From the IMG/VR virus record IMGVR_UViG_3300020577_005688, positions 77,351 to 141,350 of that record: a stretch of 64,000 nucleotides of DNA; one strand, given 5' to 3'. Positions within the stretch are counted from its first letter, which is position 1; the number at the start of each line of letters is the position of its first letter. The position numbers and the translations under genes were made by a program. Under the pieces are notes generated by a model. It was not told the DNA's origin and made no database searches. It saw only the letters and a list, made by a program, of their open reading frames with translations. Shown here one piece after another: positions 9,372 to 20,300 of the stretch. This DNA comes from a virus (taxonomy: Duplodnaviria; Caudoviricetes).

Positions 9372-10422
9372 GGGCATTAAGCTTCCTCCCGAGACTACGG
9401 GTCAAAAGTACTCGGAAAGGGAGCAAGCGTTCAAGAACTGTACGTTCTTTACGCTTCGAAAAGTTGCAACGGAAGGTCTGAAGATCGACACGGGTCAGAC
9501 CATCTACGTAAACGCGGACGGGAAACCGTTCTGCGACTACAACGACACCATCCGTGACCGCAATCTCGTTCGACAGAGGATCCTCGACTACGAGCTTGCC
9601 CAAGGTTGGATTGTCGATGACCGTGGGGCACAACAAGCTGTTGCTCAAATCGTCCAACCCGTTCCTCAACCCGCTGTTCCTGTGCAGGAGACCATGTCAA
9701 CTGTTCCAACTGTTCCCATCGCTGCTGCAATGATGACCATCAACTCCGCACCGGCTCCTACTCCACAGCCTCAACCGCAGCCACCTCCTGCAAGCGATGC
9801 CGGAGCTCCCACTGGAAAGAAGCGCCCCGGACCTCGTCTTCCTTCTGCAGTTGCCCCTCCGACAACGGCAGTCGCACAACCACAACCGCCTCCAGGAGCA
9901 ATGACGGTTCACGCACCCGTCGTCACTCCCGCCCCTGTTCAGGCAACTGCCACGATGACACCAACCATCATCGTGCCGGAGCAGACCCAAGTGCAGCCGT
10001 TCACTCCTCCCACTGCGATGCCAGCTCCTGTCTCAGTGAGGCCGTTCACTGTTCCTGCCGCCCCAGTTGCACAGGCTCCAGTGGCCGCCCCAGCCGCTCC
10101 TGCGGGTTCCGACAAGAAGCTGGACGCCATCGGAAGTGGTCTCGAAATCATCTCAAGGGATGTCGAGTCACACCGGAAGGACTTCTCCCAGTTCGTCAGC
10201 AACATGTCGGAGCAGGTCAACACCAACAACAAGAGCATCAAGGCACATGATGAGGCCCTGAAGGAAATCCAGAGAAGCCTCGATATTGTGTTGACTGCGA
10301 TTCACCACATCTACCTCACCATTCCTGGACTCCAGGCTGGGGCAGTTGAGGCGAAGGCCAACATCGGAACAGCTCCTGAGTTCCGAGAGTACATCGCGAA
10401 GTTCACTGTTCCGCGCCCTTAA
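9361..10422 (+). CDS. Pro/Ala/Gln-rich protein with C-terminal coiled coil (short frameshift product)
   Basis: 353-aa ORF, SD AAGGAG, low-complexity central linker. Confidence 0.8.
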   Translation: MMSEGIKLPPETTGQKYSEREQAFKNCTFFTLRKVATEGLKIDTGQTIYVNADGKPFCDYNDTIRDRNLVRQRILDYELAQGWIVDDRGAQQAVAQIVQPVPQPAVPVQETMSTVPTVPIAAAMMTINSAPAPTPQPQPQPPPASDAGAPTGKKRPGPRLPSAVAPPTTAVAQPQPPPGAMTVHAPVVTPAPVQATATMTPTIIVPEQTQVQPFTPPTAMPAPVSVRPFTVPAAPVAQAPVAAPAAPAGSDKKLDAIGSGLEIISRDVESHRKDFSQFVSNMSEQVNTNNKSIKAHDEALKEIQRSLDIVLTAIHHIYLTIPGLQAGAVEAKANIGTAPEFREYIAKFTVPRP

Positions 10423-10655
10423 GTGGGACGCAGCAACAGCCTCAGCAGGAGCCAACAGTTCCTGCTGGACTGCGTCCAAACACTCAACAACCAACAACCT
10501 TGTTGGAAGTTGCGGCTGAGGATTTGTGGAAACTGACGAATGCCCAGCTCATCGAGTTTGCTGAGATGGCGCTGGGGATTCTCATCAAGCCAGATGAAGA
10601 GCGTTCCACCATCATGAGGAAGCTCGTGAACGCAGCATCTGGGATTCGAAAGTAG
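10416..10655 (+). other. candidate programmed -1 frameshift extension (78 aa) of 9361..10422
   Basis: C-CCT-TAA can re-pair as CCC-TTA. The -1 frame is open 10380-10655 (LSGTQQQPQQEPTVPAG...AASGIRK*). A strong stem-loop lies at 10426-10477. Confidence 0.65.
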
Positions 10656-10657
10656 AG

Positions 10658-10692
10658 GAAAGGGCCTCGGTTCAATGAGGCCCTTTCTTTTT
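10658..10692 (+). terminator. intrinsic terminator between convergent modules
   Basis: GAAAGGGCCTC-8nt-GAGGCCCTTTC followed by TTTTT. Confidence 0.85.
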
Positions 10693-10948
10693 AGCTTTCA
10701 TCCTCATGACCAAAGAGCCATTTCGGAAGACCGGTGTCGTTGATGCCGCGTACGACAACCTTACGACCAGTGACAGTGTCCTGCAGAAGGATCTCAAGAG
10801 GCGTGATATCGACCACGGTCGTCGTGTGGTTCGATAGAACTGTTCTCTCCATATGCGTCAACAACTGCTGCGAATCCGCCCAGTAGATGACCAACGTGGC
10901 GAGTTTCTCCTGATTCCCAACCCCTAGCAACCGCTCCTTGATTCCCAT
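10691..10948 (-). CDS. hypothetical protein
   Basis: 85-aa ORF, last of the minus-strand operon; SD-like GGAG upstream. Confidence 0.6.
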   Translation of the reverse strand: MGIKERLLGVGNQEKLATLVIYWADSQQLLTHMERTVLSNHTTTVVDITPLEILLQDTVTGRKVVVRGINDTGLPKWLFGHEDES

Positions 10949-10999
10949 AGAAGAACTCCTTCCACAGAGCCAAAGAGCTCTCTGCGATGTCGTACGAGT

Positions 11000-11299
11000 T
11001 TAGTATCCAGAGGGAATTCCACCATCAGAAGGACCACAACGAATCCAGGCCTCCTTCGCATAACGACGAAGTGCTCTTGTGTTTCTTTCAAGAGCACTCC
11101 CGGCACTGGAATCGAGACAGTAAGCGAACTCCAGAGGGCAGTTCGCTTCACTGTCATTTACCGCTTCGAAGCTCGGAGGCGGCTCCGTCAGACAGTTCTC
11201 ACGTGGAGGAAGAATTACTTCCTTCCGACACAGTGAACAGCTTACGAAGACGAGAGCGGACGACAGCAGGATCGCGACATGACTCAAGGTCTTTCTCAA
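11000..11299 (-). CDS. o-spanin (Rz1-like lipoprotein)
   Basis: Signal peptide with lipobox-like LVFVS|C, Pro-rich, extra Cys; overlaps the 3' end of the upstream TM/coiled-coil gene. Confidence 0.7.
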   Translation of the reverse strand: MRKTLSHVAILLSSALVFVSCSLCRKEVILPPRENCLTEPPPSFEAVNDSEANCPLEFAYCLDSSAGSALERNTRALRRYAKEAWIRCGPSDGGIPSGY

Positions 11300-11522
11300 G
11301 GGTTTCGATCTCCTTTTTTAGCTCTGAGATCAAACTCTCGCGTCTTCCAACCTCTCCGTCAAGTTTTGCCTGGATGTCGCCCTTCTCTTTGATGAGCTCT
11401 TTCTTTTCTGTCGTGAGAGAGCCGATCTCAGCCTTCTGAATTTTCACCTTCGAAACCATGGAGGCAGCAATCACACCTGCAATCGCTGCCAACACGGTCA
11501 TGCCAAGAGCGAAGTAGAGCAT
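11199..11522 (-). CDS. i-spanin (Rz-like)
   Basis: N-terminal TM helix, coiled coil, C-terminal Cys; overlapped-spanin arrangement. Confidence 0.7.
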   Translation of the reverse strand: MLYFALGMTVLAAIAGVIAASMVSKVKIQKAEIGSLTTEKKELIKEKGDIQAKLDGEVGRRESLISELKKEIETLEKDLESCRDPAVVRSRLRKLFTVSEGSNSSST

Positions 11523-12133
11523 TAGGACACCGGCTTTGCCTCTTCAGGCTTTGGCTCAGCAGCCTTCTTCTCCTTAGCCGCCTTAATCCAATCATTGATG
11601 TCCTTCACGAGGCCCCAGAGAGCGGCTGCGGTGAGTGACACAGAAAGGATTGGCTTCAGGAGAGCCCACGTAATTTTCTCTCCAGCCAGAAGCGAGAGAC
11701 CAACTCCAGCACCAGTCGAGGTGAGGAAGTTCATCAACCAACCACCCGGCTTAGTATCCAAGAGGAACCAAAGAGGCTTATCGAGAGGACTCGTGTCTGG
11801 GAGGAAGTCGTGGAGACGCTTTCCGAAGACCTTGAGGAGGGCAACAATCAAGACGAGAAGAGCGGCTGCAGCTGCAACCCAGTCACCTGCCTTGACTGCA
11901 TCGACAATCACTTTTACGAATACCATGGGATTGTCGAGAGTAGCTGGATTGATGACAGGAGCAGTTGGAACTCCGGCATCGACAACAACCCCAGCATCCA
12001 CGATGTCATCAAGAACAACGGTCACGACACCGGCGTCAATCACGCCACCAGAGGACTCGATGACAACTCCAGAGTCTTCTGACGCAAAAGAGGCAGTTGA
12101 AATAAATGCACTGATAAAAAGATACCTGAACAT
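11522..12133 (-). CDS. multi-TM membrane protein, holin candidate
   Basis: Signal peptide, three DAG repeats, 2-3 hydrophobic helices, basic C-tail; directly upstream of the spanins. Confidence 0.5.
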   Translation of the reverse strand: MFRYLFISAFISTASFASEDSGVVIESSGGVIDAGVVTVVLDDIVDAGVVVDAGVPTAPVINPATLDNPMVFVKVIVDAVKAGDWVAAAAALLVLIVALLKVFGKRLHDFLPDTSPLDKPLWFLLDTKPGGWLMNFLTSTGAGVGLSLLAGEKITWALLKPILSVSLTAAALWGLVKDINDWIKAAKEKKAAEPKPEEAKPVS

Positions 12134-12145
12134 GACAATCTCCTT

Positions 12146-15100
12146 TTATGGAACGCTGTATGGTGCGGTTGTGGAGGCGATCTTAAAGGATGAGCCTTCG
12201 TAAGGGGAGCTATTTGCCTCCCAAGCCCCCGATGACCTCCTAAGAGTGTTTCCAGACCCCGCAATTTCGAGGGAGGACTCGAATCTCCAGTAGTGGTAAA
12301 AGATATCCTCAACAGGCGGTCCGATGAATGACTTGTTGTTTGGAATGATGCAGTGATTTGAAGAGATCGTAAAGTAGTCGTGATTACCAGAGGCCCCTCT
12401 TACACATGCATATCTGAAAGTCCCTCCAATCGCTGGGGCGCTTGCAAGATCTTTGATCTCAATTCGATTTCCAACAATGTTAGCCCCATTCATGGATCCG
12501 AGAAAGACGATCCCATTTGCCATAGTGGCTACCCCTGAAACAGTGAGGTCTCCGACGAGGATAGCATTATTGCAAATGTGAAATGAGTTTCCGGTGTTAG
12601 ATCCGTAATTGAAGAACTGAATTCCTGGGATGTCACGGGCGGTTCTAATTCGATTACCCTGAATTGAGAACCGCAGAGAGCTAGTATCTCCAGTAAAGTC
12701 GATTCCACCGTCGATGACGTTTCCATCCACAACCGCACGTTGGAGGAATACAAAAGTCAAACGATTTGAGATCCTACAGGAAGACACTTGAGCATTGTTC
12801 GAAGTAATGGAAGTCCCAGAAGAAGAACTCAGAGAACAACCCGAGAGATTGACCTCACCTGCATTCGAGATCGTGAACTGACCTTCGAAGGAACATCCAG
12901 AGATGTTGAGGTAGTTCCCCGCAACTCCGGAAGACCCGAGAAGAGTGGTGCCGTTGACCTTCGACCCATCCATCACAAGTCGTCTATCGTGGATGCCATC
13001 AATCGAGAGGTTACCACCGATGTTGTTTCCAACAAACTGAATGTCTCCTCGAACTGTTGTGAAGGTAGAGTTCCCCCCAACTTGATTATTAGAGAACGTG
13101 AAATTGACGTCAGAGCCAGATGAGCTTGAGACGTTAAAGACACCAGAAGAAAAGTTCGAGTCTACCAAAGAAGGAACAGTGTACTCAGTAACGAGATACG
13201 AAAACGTAGCTCCCTCTGAGTGGTTACCTCTCACGATACCTGGCCCGTAATTCGCGCTCAGAGTCTGGGCTCCTCCCGTCCCGTTCCAGTAGAAGCGGTT
13301 TCCCTCAACACGACCCCAAATACGGTCAATGAGAGAAGCCGCTCCTACCGCTGTCGTAGAGACAAATTCATTTCCAAGCCAAGCCATCCCAGTGCTTGAG
13401 GAGACTCCTCCACCGTTGTGAACCGGCTTTCCGAATGAAGAGATTCGGTTATTCGAAATAGTGCAGTTTGAGTTGTCTCCGAACTGGATGCCCTTCCAAG
13501 ACTTGGTTCCGAAGATGGACCTAAGGTCAACCGTGTTCGAGTTTACGACTGCTCCATTGCAACCGGAAAGGTAGATGCCGGTCATGTCCTGATTGGAGGC
13601 ATCTGTTCCTCCGTCAGTTACAACGAGATTCTCAGAGCAGGTGACAGTGGATGCAGACCCAAGTCGAATACCAAATCCAGAGGTGTTTGCCAGATCTGGA
13701 TTTCCCATGAAGATCTGATTTCCAATGATGGTCAGTTGATCTGTAGTCCCTCCAAGGTCAGGAGTGATCCCATGGTAAGTTCCAAAAACGCCCCCAGAGA
13801 TGCTGATAGCGTTTGAGAGAACCTCCACAAAGGTCGCTCCATCTCCAGTCTGGATGGCCGCGAAGAATCCGCCAGAAGTGTTAGCAGTGGAGTTTGTGAG
13901 GGCCGCAATCTGAATACGGTTGTTGGAGATGACAAGGAACGAAGTTGAGAGGGCGTTTCGAATCCCAACGTAGTACCCACCAGAGAGTGAGTTTCCTTCG
14001 ATTCTACCACTGTCTCCAATTGGACGAATACCAGAGCCGGAGAACCCGGCAGCTGCAATGTCCTGCTGACTCAGAGTACAGCCTCGAACGACATTGGCGG
14101 TAACAGCGTAGTTGTTGAGAGGAGTGGTTGTGGTGAATGTACTGTTCTCAACAACAGAAAGAACACCAAGGCTCAGAGCAACCGGAATGGTTCCAGAGGT
14201 CATGGTGAAATTACTCACCAATGTCCTCGCAGACGGGGCATTGACCAGATAGCAAACATTGGTCGAGGGAGTCGAACCATTCGCCCAAGTCACATCACGG
14301 ATAACGATGTGGGACGAGACGTTGGAAGCGATCAGGAATGAGTGACCTCCAGTCCATGCGGTGCTGCCGCCCCAAGAGCTAAGGAACCTGCAGTTCGACA
14401 TGTAGAAAGTCGAACCGTTCCAGTTGTTAGGGCCAAGAGCACTGTAAACAAATCGAGGTGCAGCAGCTCCGGCACCTGCATAGGAGAAGGTCGAGTTCTC
14501 AACGCGGACCGTTGGGATTCCAGTGCCTGCCCCTCCAGTACAAGAAGACAGTCCTCTTGTGATGAAGGAGCAATCCTCGACAATAAGCTCTGAGACTGGC
14601 GCTTCGAATACGTCGTGAGCAACGACAGTTTCAAAAGAGCCAGTTGTCTGGATGAGGTTCTTGAGCTTGATTCTATCGACGGTGTTCCCAAGACCAGAAG
14701 AGTTGATAAATGACGACAGTCCGATCGGTGCTCCGAGACGGAGGTCTCGAATCTCCAAGAACTTCACGTTGAACTCAAGACCAGTAATCAACGTCCCAAG
14801 GTCAATTGACACCTTTTCGTTGATGCCTCGAATGGTCAACCCAACCGTTGTAAACCTTGCGACTGGGGTGGACCCAGCCCAGGTGTTACTGACGAGGATG
14901 ACCTCGAAGTGTGGGAAAGACCCACTGAGAGTAGTCGTCTCACCTGCATAGTTCGCTGAGATGTTTGAGATGAAGCTGGCGACTGCAGGAAGGTTTGCGA
15001 ACTGACCACCCTCTCCAACAGTCAGAGGGATTGCTTTCTCTGCCCTCATTCGAATGTTTGGAATGACATTCGTGATTGCCCCAGCACTCAAATCAACGAC

Positions 15101-16681
15101 CGCGATTTGGTGTCCCTTGTTGGTTGTTGCAACCGAGTCGAGGACGTTCGCGAATGCGGACACCGATGTTGAGATGGCGTAGTTCGCCGTGGCCTCATCC
15201 CAGTAGAGATAGTTACGAGCATTGTTGGTAAATGCTCCTGGGGTGAACGTTCGAGCTGGGAGAGTGAAAACCTTGCCGTTCCAACGGATCTTGCCTTCCG
15301 TAACAGCCACATCAGCACCGGAAGGAGAGGCAAGGAGACCACTGATGGTCCAGTTCTCTACGAGGTCTTCATCTGAGACAAGTCCCGAAGTGAGAGTCGA
15401 AACAGAAGAAGCAAAGTCCGCAGGCTGTAGGTCGCGGAGAGACTTTGGAACTGCACAAACAGCAGTGTAGGTTCCATTGACCGGCAGTGGAGGATTTACG
15501 ACCAGCTGGACCTGCGAACTAAACAGACCGCTGTAGACAGTAATGTTACCCCACGACTCGACAGGGGACTTTGTGCTGTTGAGCTCGACCAGCGGCTGTA
15601 CCTCAGTCGTTGGAGTCGCTCCAACAGCCGTAACTTGCGCCGCCGTCATTGGACGGAGAACGAGTGTGGTGTTGCTGATGACTTGCTCAACAATCCACTT
15701 GTCACCGTTGTTAGAAGTCGGAGAAGTGTTCGTCGCACCAGTGATCTCTGCAAAGTCTCCTGGAACAACATCAGAGAAGTTGGCAGCAGAGCATTGAACA
15801 ACTCGTCCGTTCTCAATACTGGTGATGACCGCAGATGTAACCTTATCGATGGTCGTGTTCAGAACAGAGCCAGAAGAACCTCCACCAGACCAAGCCGTAG
15901 CCGCTGCAAAAGGAGGAAGACCTGCTGGAGAGCCACGAACAACACCAACAACTCGGCTCTGCGCGAGCTGACCGGAGGAATCGATAATCTGAAAGAACCG
16001 TGCGAGTTCTTCTTTTGTCGGGTTCGCTCCAGAGAAGAAAGCTGGACCTCCAATGAACACTCTCTGAGAAGCGGTCAGCGTCAGGAGTCTTCTATCTGAT
16101 GTCGTAAAGGAGACCGGCTTCAGAACAACGAAGTCCTTCATGTCATCCGCAAACAAGACGTCCGTGTTTGCTGAGACTCTTGCGAGAGCTCTATTGAGCG
16201 TTTCTGTGTTCAGGTTCTCAGAAGGATTTGGGAATGCAACCCCAAAAGGGTTACCAAGACGAGCTTCTGGAGAAGACGGAATGTCTCCACCTGTCGCACG
16301 AAGCGCCCCAAGAGTGACATTGAATCCGAGAGCAGTGGAGGCAGTACCACCTGTCACTTCGACAGAGGATAGAGTGCCGCTCGTTGTGGAACGAATCGCG
16401 ATGACTCCATCTGCATCGAAGGCAGAACCCGCGCTACCGATGGCAGTATTGATGTCACTGATGACCGTATTGATTCCATTCCCTGTCAGAGTGACAACGA
16501 ATGGAGAACCATCAATCGTGACGTTGAGTGTCTGAGCAGCTGCTGCAGCCGAGAAGTACGGAACAGCGCTCACACCATCGGCGTTTGCCCGACGAACAGA
16601 ACCACGAAGAACCGCGTTGGTGGTCTTTGAGATGTTCTTTCCAGCAATCTGCGGCCTACGGAAATAGTCCATTGATGGCAT
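12146..16681 (-). CDS. large tail fibre/tailspike with right-handed beta-helix region
   Basis: 1511 aa, Ser/Gly/Thr/Asn-rich; repeated I.GN.I / ISNNRI beta-helix rungs after TVGEGGQF. Confidence 0.75.
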   Translation of the reverse strand: MPSMDYFRRPQIAGKNISKTTNAVLRGSVRRANADGVSAVPYFSAAAAAQTLNVTIDGSPFVVTLTGNGINTVISDINTAIGSAGSAFDADGVIAIRSTTSGTLSSVEVTGGTASTALGFNVTLGALRATGGDIPSSPEARLGNPFGVAFPNPSENLNTETLNRALARVSANTDVLFADDMKDFVVLKPVSFTTSDRRLLTLTASQRVFIGGPAFFSGANPTKEELARFFQIIDSSGQLAQSRVVGVVRGSPAGLPPFAAATAWSGGGSSGSVLNTTIDKVTSAVITSIENGRVVQCSAANFSDVVPGDFAEITGATNTSPTSNNGDKWIVEQVISNTTLVLRPMTAAQVTAVGATPTTEVQPLVELNSTKSPVESWGNITVYSGLFSSQVQLVVNPPLPVNGTYTAVCAVPKSLRDLQPADFASSVSTLTSGLVSDEDLVENWTISGLLASPSGADVAVTEGKIRWNGKVFTLPARTFTPGAFTNNARNYLYWDEATANYAISTSVSAFANVLDSVATTNKGHQIAVVDLSAGAITNVIPNIRMRAEKAIPLTVGEGGQFANLPAVASFISNISANYAGETTTLSGSFPHFEVILVSNTWAGSTPVARFTTVGLTIRGINEKVSIDLGTLITGLEFNVKFLEIRDLRLGAPIGLSSFINSSGLGNTVDRIKLKNLIQTTGSFETVVAHDVFEAPVSELIVEDCSFITRGLSSCTGGAGTGIPTVRVENSTFSYAGAGAAAPRFVYSALGPNNWNGSTFYMSNCRFLSSWGGSTAWTGGHSFLIASNVSSHIVIRDVTWANGSTPSTNVCYLVNAPSARTLVSNFTMTSGTIPVALSLGVLSVVENSTFTTTTPLNNYAVTANVVRGCTLSQQDIAAAGFSGSGIRPIGDSGRIEGNSLSGGYYVGIRNALSTSFLVISNNRIQIAALTNSTANTSGGFFAAIQTGDGATFVEVLSNAISISGGVFGTYHGITPDLGGTTDQLTIIGNQIFMGNPDLANTSGFGIRLGSASTVTCSENLVVTDGGTDASNQDMTGIYLSGCNGAVVNSNTVDLRSIFGTKSWKGIQFGDNSNCTISNNRISSFGKPVHNGGGVSSSTGMAWLGNEFVSTTAVGAASLIDRIWGRVEGNRFYWNGTGGAQTLSANYGPGIVRGNHSEGATFSYLVTEYTVPSLVDSNFSSGVFNVSSSSGSDVNFTFSNNQVGGNSTFTTVRGDIQFVGNNIGGNLSIDGIHDRRLVMDGSKVNGTTLLGSSGVAGNYLNISGCSFEGQFTISNAGEVNLSGCSLSSSSGTSITSNNAQVSSCRISNRLTFVFLQRAVVDGNVIDGGIDFTGDTSSLRFSIQGNRIRTARDIPGIQFFNYGSNTGNSFHICNNAILVGDLTVSGVATMANGIVFLGSMNGANIVGNRIEIKDLASAPAIGGTFRYACVRGASGNHDYFTISSNHCIIPNNKSFIGPPVEDIFYHYWRFESSLEIAGSGNTLRRSSGAWEANSSPYEGSSFKIASTTAPYSVP

Positions 16682-16691
16682 TTGGATTCCC

Positions 16692-17390
16692 TTAGAAACG
16701 GATTTCCCAGTTCACTTCAAACTCAAGAGAGTCCGTCTTACCGATGGGTTCGAGAGTCTTGTATGCGTTCGGAGATTGCGAACCAGCCGTTGCAATTCCC
16801 GTCTGGCGGGTTCCAGGATTGAAGGCAGGAACTGCTGTTGGAGATCCATTTGTAAACAGACCCATCTCCGTAATGTTCACCTGCGTGCCTGGAGAGAGCG
16901 TGATTTCGTTCTCTGCAAACGTTCTGGAGTATCGAACAGTGGTTCGTGAGGGAGTCAGTGGGAACGTCGGTGGAACGTTCAGAGGTGCCAAGAACTGGCC
17001 GGTCTGGTACTCAATAGGAGTGACCAATCGAAGAACACCGACATCCTCGGTGGTGGCTCCTGTTCCGACACCAATGTAGGCCATTCGGTCGTTTCGAAAA
17101 GCGGTTGTAGGACCGGTCTCAATGCTCATCAACAGAGCAAGAAACTCTCGACCTGTATTGGTCCAGATGTTGAAGCCCTCTCGAACACTTCCAGGAACCA
17201 CCTTTCCACGCTCTCGACAGAACGCGTGGATCCATCCCTTAATCTCAACAACACTCTTCTCGTTGTCCTGAGGACTGACCCAAGAGCTCCCTGCGATGGT
17301 TCTTCCCATTTTGTCGACCAACCTCAGAAAACCCTGGTCAGCGATTCGAACGATATCTTTGAACATCAGCGTCTCCGGGAGATGCGCCAT
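16692..17390 (-). CDS. tail fibre attachment/baseplate-associated protein
   Basis: TNTGRE...YIGVGTG...ITEMGLF...W.IRF pattern seen in fibre-proximal proteins. Confidence 0.6.
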   Translation of the reverse strand: MAHLPETLMFKDIVRIADQGFLRLVDKMGRTIAGSSWVSPQDNEKSVVEIKGWIHAFCRERGKVVPGSVREGFNIWTNTGREFLALLMSIETGPTTAFRNDRMAYIGVGTGATTEDVGVLRLVTPIEYQTGQFLAPLNVPPTFPLTPSRTTVRYSRTFAENEITLSPGTQVNITEMGLFTNGSPTAVPAFNPGTRQTGIATAGSQSPNAYKTLEPIGKTDSLEFEVNWEIRF

Positions 17391-20300
17391 GAGACGCTCT
17401 CAGACGTCCCAAGTGAAACAACGAGTCGAACATCCGAACCGCCAGGAAGAGAGGCGATTGGGTATACCCCAGCCCCGTAGCCTACATCTACAGTGCCGTT
17501 TGTACCACCAAGAATCAACAAGTCACCAGGAAGAACTCCCAAAGTGGTTGGAGAGACTGCGGAGGGACCTGAAGCAGGAGCAACAAGCCTCTGCATTGAA
17601 AGAGAAACCAGGTTTGATCCACTCGTGCAGGTTGCAAGAGCCTGGGTCTCTCTCAACTGAGAGTCTGAGAAGTCAGAAGGATTTGTCCTTCCAAGAACAT
17701 CCCAAGTCAGTCCTGATGGGTTCTTCTTCAAGAGCTTGACGGCATAGGACCCCGCCGCGAGAGCTGGCTGTGTGTACCCATGAATCGGAGAAATGAGTGT
17801 CACACGGGTGAGAGCCGTATTTTGAACTTGGAGTTCATCCCCAATCTCACCGATTGCTTTGATGAGAGGATCCACCGCAGTCAACGTATTCGAACCTGAT
17901 GAAGTGACAGACAAGGTTCCTGATACTGGGAACGGCCTCTCAATCAAAGAGGCTCTATAGACCGACCAAGCAACAGTCGAAGTAGCTGTTGGAGTCGGTG
18001 ATACCCGAACACGGTCCCACGTTGAGATGTTCTGGATGACTTCGAGAATAGAGTACCGGTCTCCCGTCACTGTGTTGATGAGGAAGTCTCCAACCGCGAC
18101 CCCATTCGACCGAAGGCCACCTTGAAGGACGACAATCGGATTCCCGGATACAAATGCTCCAGAGACTCCGCTATGGATGAGGGAGGTCATCTTCCGCTTG
18201 ATGAAGAACCTTGCATTCGAGGAAGTCTCGAATCCAAAAGCAGGAGCATCTGAGAGTGTGATGGTCGTATCTGTTGCGGATGCAACAGTGTACGTCCCTG
18301 AATTGATGCCATTTGGAATGGTCACCAAGTCGCCAGCTCTGGTGAGAGGACCCTCAAAGTCCTCACCAGTTCGAGGATTGAGAACTCCACCGTTTGGAAT
18401 CGTCAGAACTCCGGAACCGTCTGTAGTTGAGAGCGTGGACCCAGACCTTCGAATCCAGAACACTCCCTCATCCCAGACAATCTGTGGAACGGCAGAAGGA
18501 CTCCTTGAGCTGTAGTTCATTGAAGGAGGCATCGCCAGAGACACATTGTCAACGAAGTCTCCGCTCCCTACTCCAATCCGGAAGAACGTGGAGTCACGAA
18601 TCACTACCTCATCAGCAAAGTCAGAGACGGAGGAGATGAAGAAGGCAACGTAGCTCGGAGTAATCTTCTTCAAGAATCCAGATACCAGACCAATCTCATC
18701 CAACGTGAACAGATTGTCATTCACGCGAACCCGAATAGAATGGAACTGCTGCAGCAATCTCGTCAAAGAGAAGTTTGTCGAGGGCAGTGGGTTCGAGACG
18801 TAATCTGATACTTCGACTCCCCTACTGAGAGCTGCAAACCTCTCGACAATGTCTCCTACCTTGTACTCAAGGCCCGTAGATGGATTGATATCCAGCCCGG
18901 CCAAATCTGAAGCTGGGTCAATTGGATATGTGTAGACTCTCAGAGTACCGAGCGCTTCTCCGACATTCGAAACGTCTTCAATGAGGAGTCTTCCGAGGAT
19001 GGGGCTTCCATCGATTCCAAGACGGTAGTCTGTCTCGATTGAACGGATGATTCCTCGATGCTCTGAGAACGGAAGGCCAAGAAGGATTTGAGCCCCAAGA
19101 CGGACCTTCTCCAACGCAGAACCCTTCAAGAACGCGTACATCAAACCCGAAACTGCTTGTCGGTAATTGATGTTCTCTGAAACTGCTTCGATGTCTTCTC
19201 TGGTCAATCCAACCAAGATACCGAAGTTGTTCTCGATGTTCTCGTTGTTATCGAAGAAAGTCACCTCTGCCCAGAAACGACTTGGGGCAGGTTCCTTTGC
19301 AGTAAAGGTTCCTGGAGTGAATCGAATGAAGTTTCCAGACCTCTTCCTCTTGATTCGAACCTTGGCAGTCACGAACCCAGTAGGAGGGTAAGTAGGGATA
19401 GCTCGGGTTAGCTTGAGTCTGGTTGGGCTTAGAACGGCTTGGACGTAGTACGTCCTTGCAAGCGTGATGGGCTCTACAATGACAATCTCATCACCAGGAC
19501 GGATCCCACGGTCAATGAAGTCACCATCATCGACTTCGAACACATCGGACCCAGTCTGGAAGGTCATCTGGCCTTTGAAGGCGAACTGACCATCAACGAT
19601 GTAGTCGATGTTTTCTCGAAGCGTAATGGGAGGAGCCGGGACCTCGTATTCCTTTCCGTTCTTCTGCTGGAAGAACTTCCCATCACGCTCTTGAACACGA
19701 GCTGGGACGATGAAGTTCTGAAGAACAGGAATGCTGCGAACAGTCTCATCAATTGGAATCAGACTGTTTCGTACAATGATGCGTGGCTTGATTCTGAAAG
19801 TCGGGTTTACCTGAATGTCAGAGTCAGGGGTGAGTCGCTGATTCCAGTACTTCCTCTTGAACAGACCAGAATTGATGGTGTCGATGTAGGTAGCGGCATC
19901 TCCAGAAAAGGAGACGGTGCCATCGGCATTCAATTTGACGCCATCGATGCCAAGGTCATTCGCCAGCTTCGTGAAGAAAGAACTTGGAATGGATGGAACT
20001 GTTCCGGGAACGACTGTTTCGTTTGAGAAGACGAAACCGAGACGCCCTCTATCCACTCCAATGACCTGACAAGGCAAGGAGCAGACCTTCTCCCCATCCA
20101 TGACGACATCGAAAACAATCAAGTCACCGGGAGACACTCCCTCAGCTTCAAAGTCTTGAGTCGTAGAAATCAGAGTTGGAGGAGTTCTCCAAGACTGATT
20201 GGTAAGTCCGGACTGAAGAAGTGGCCTGTCGACTGTGATGATGACAGTTGGGACCCTTTGCCGAGAGTCGACAGAGGAGCGAAGGATTGTGTAACACTGG

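Noticed and set aside
12146-16681. Diversity-generating retroelement target in the tail fibre
   Set aside because: No reverse transcriptase and no template/variable repeat pair seen in the window.
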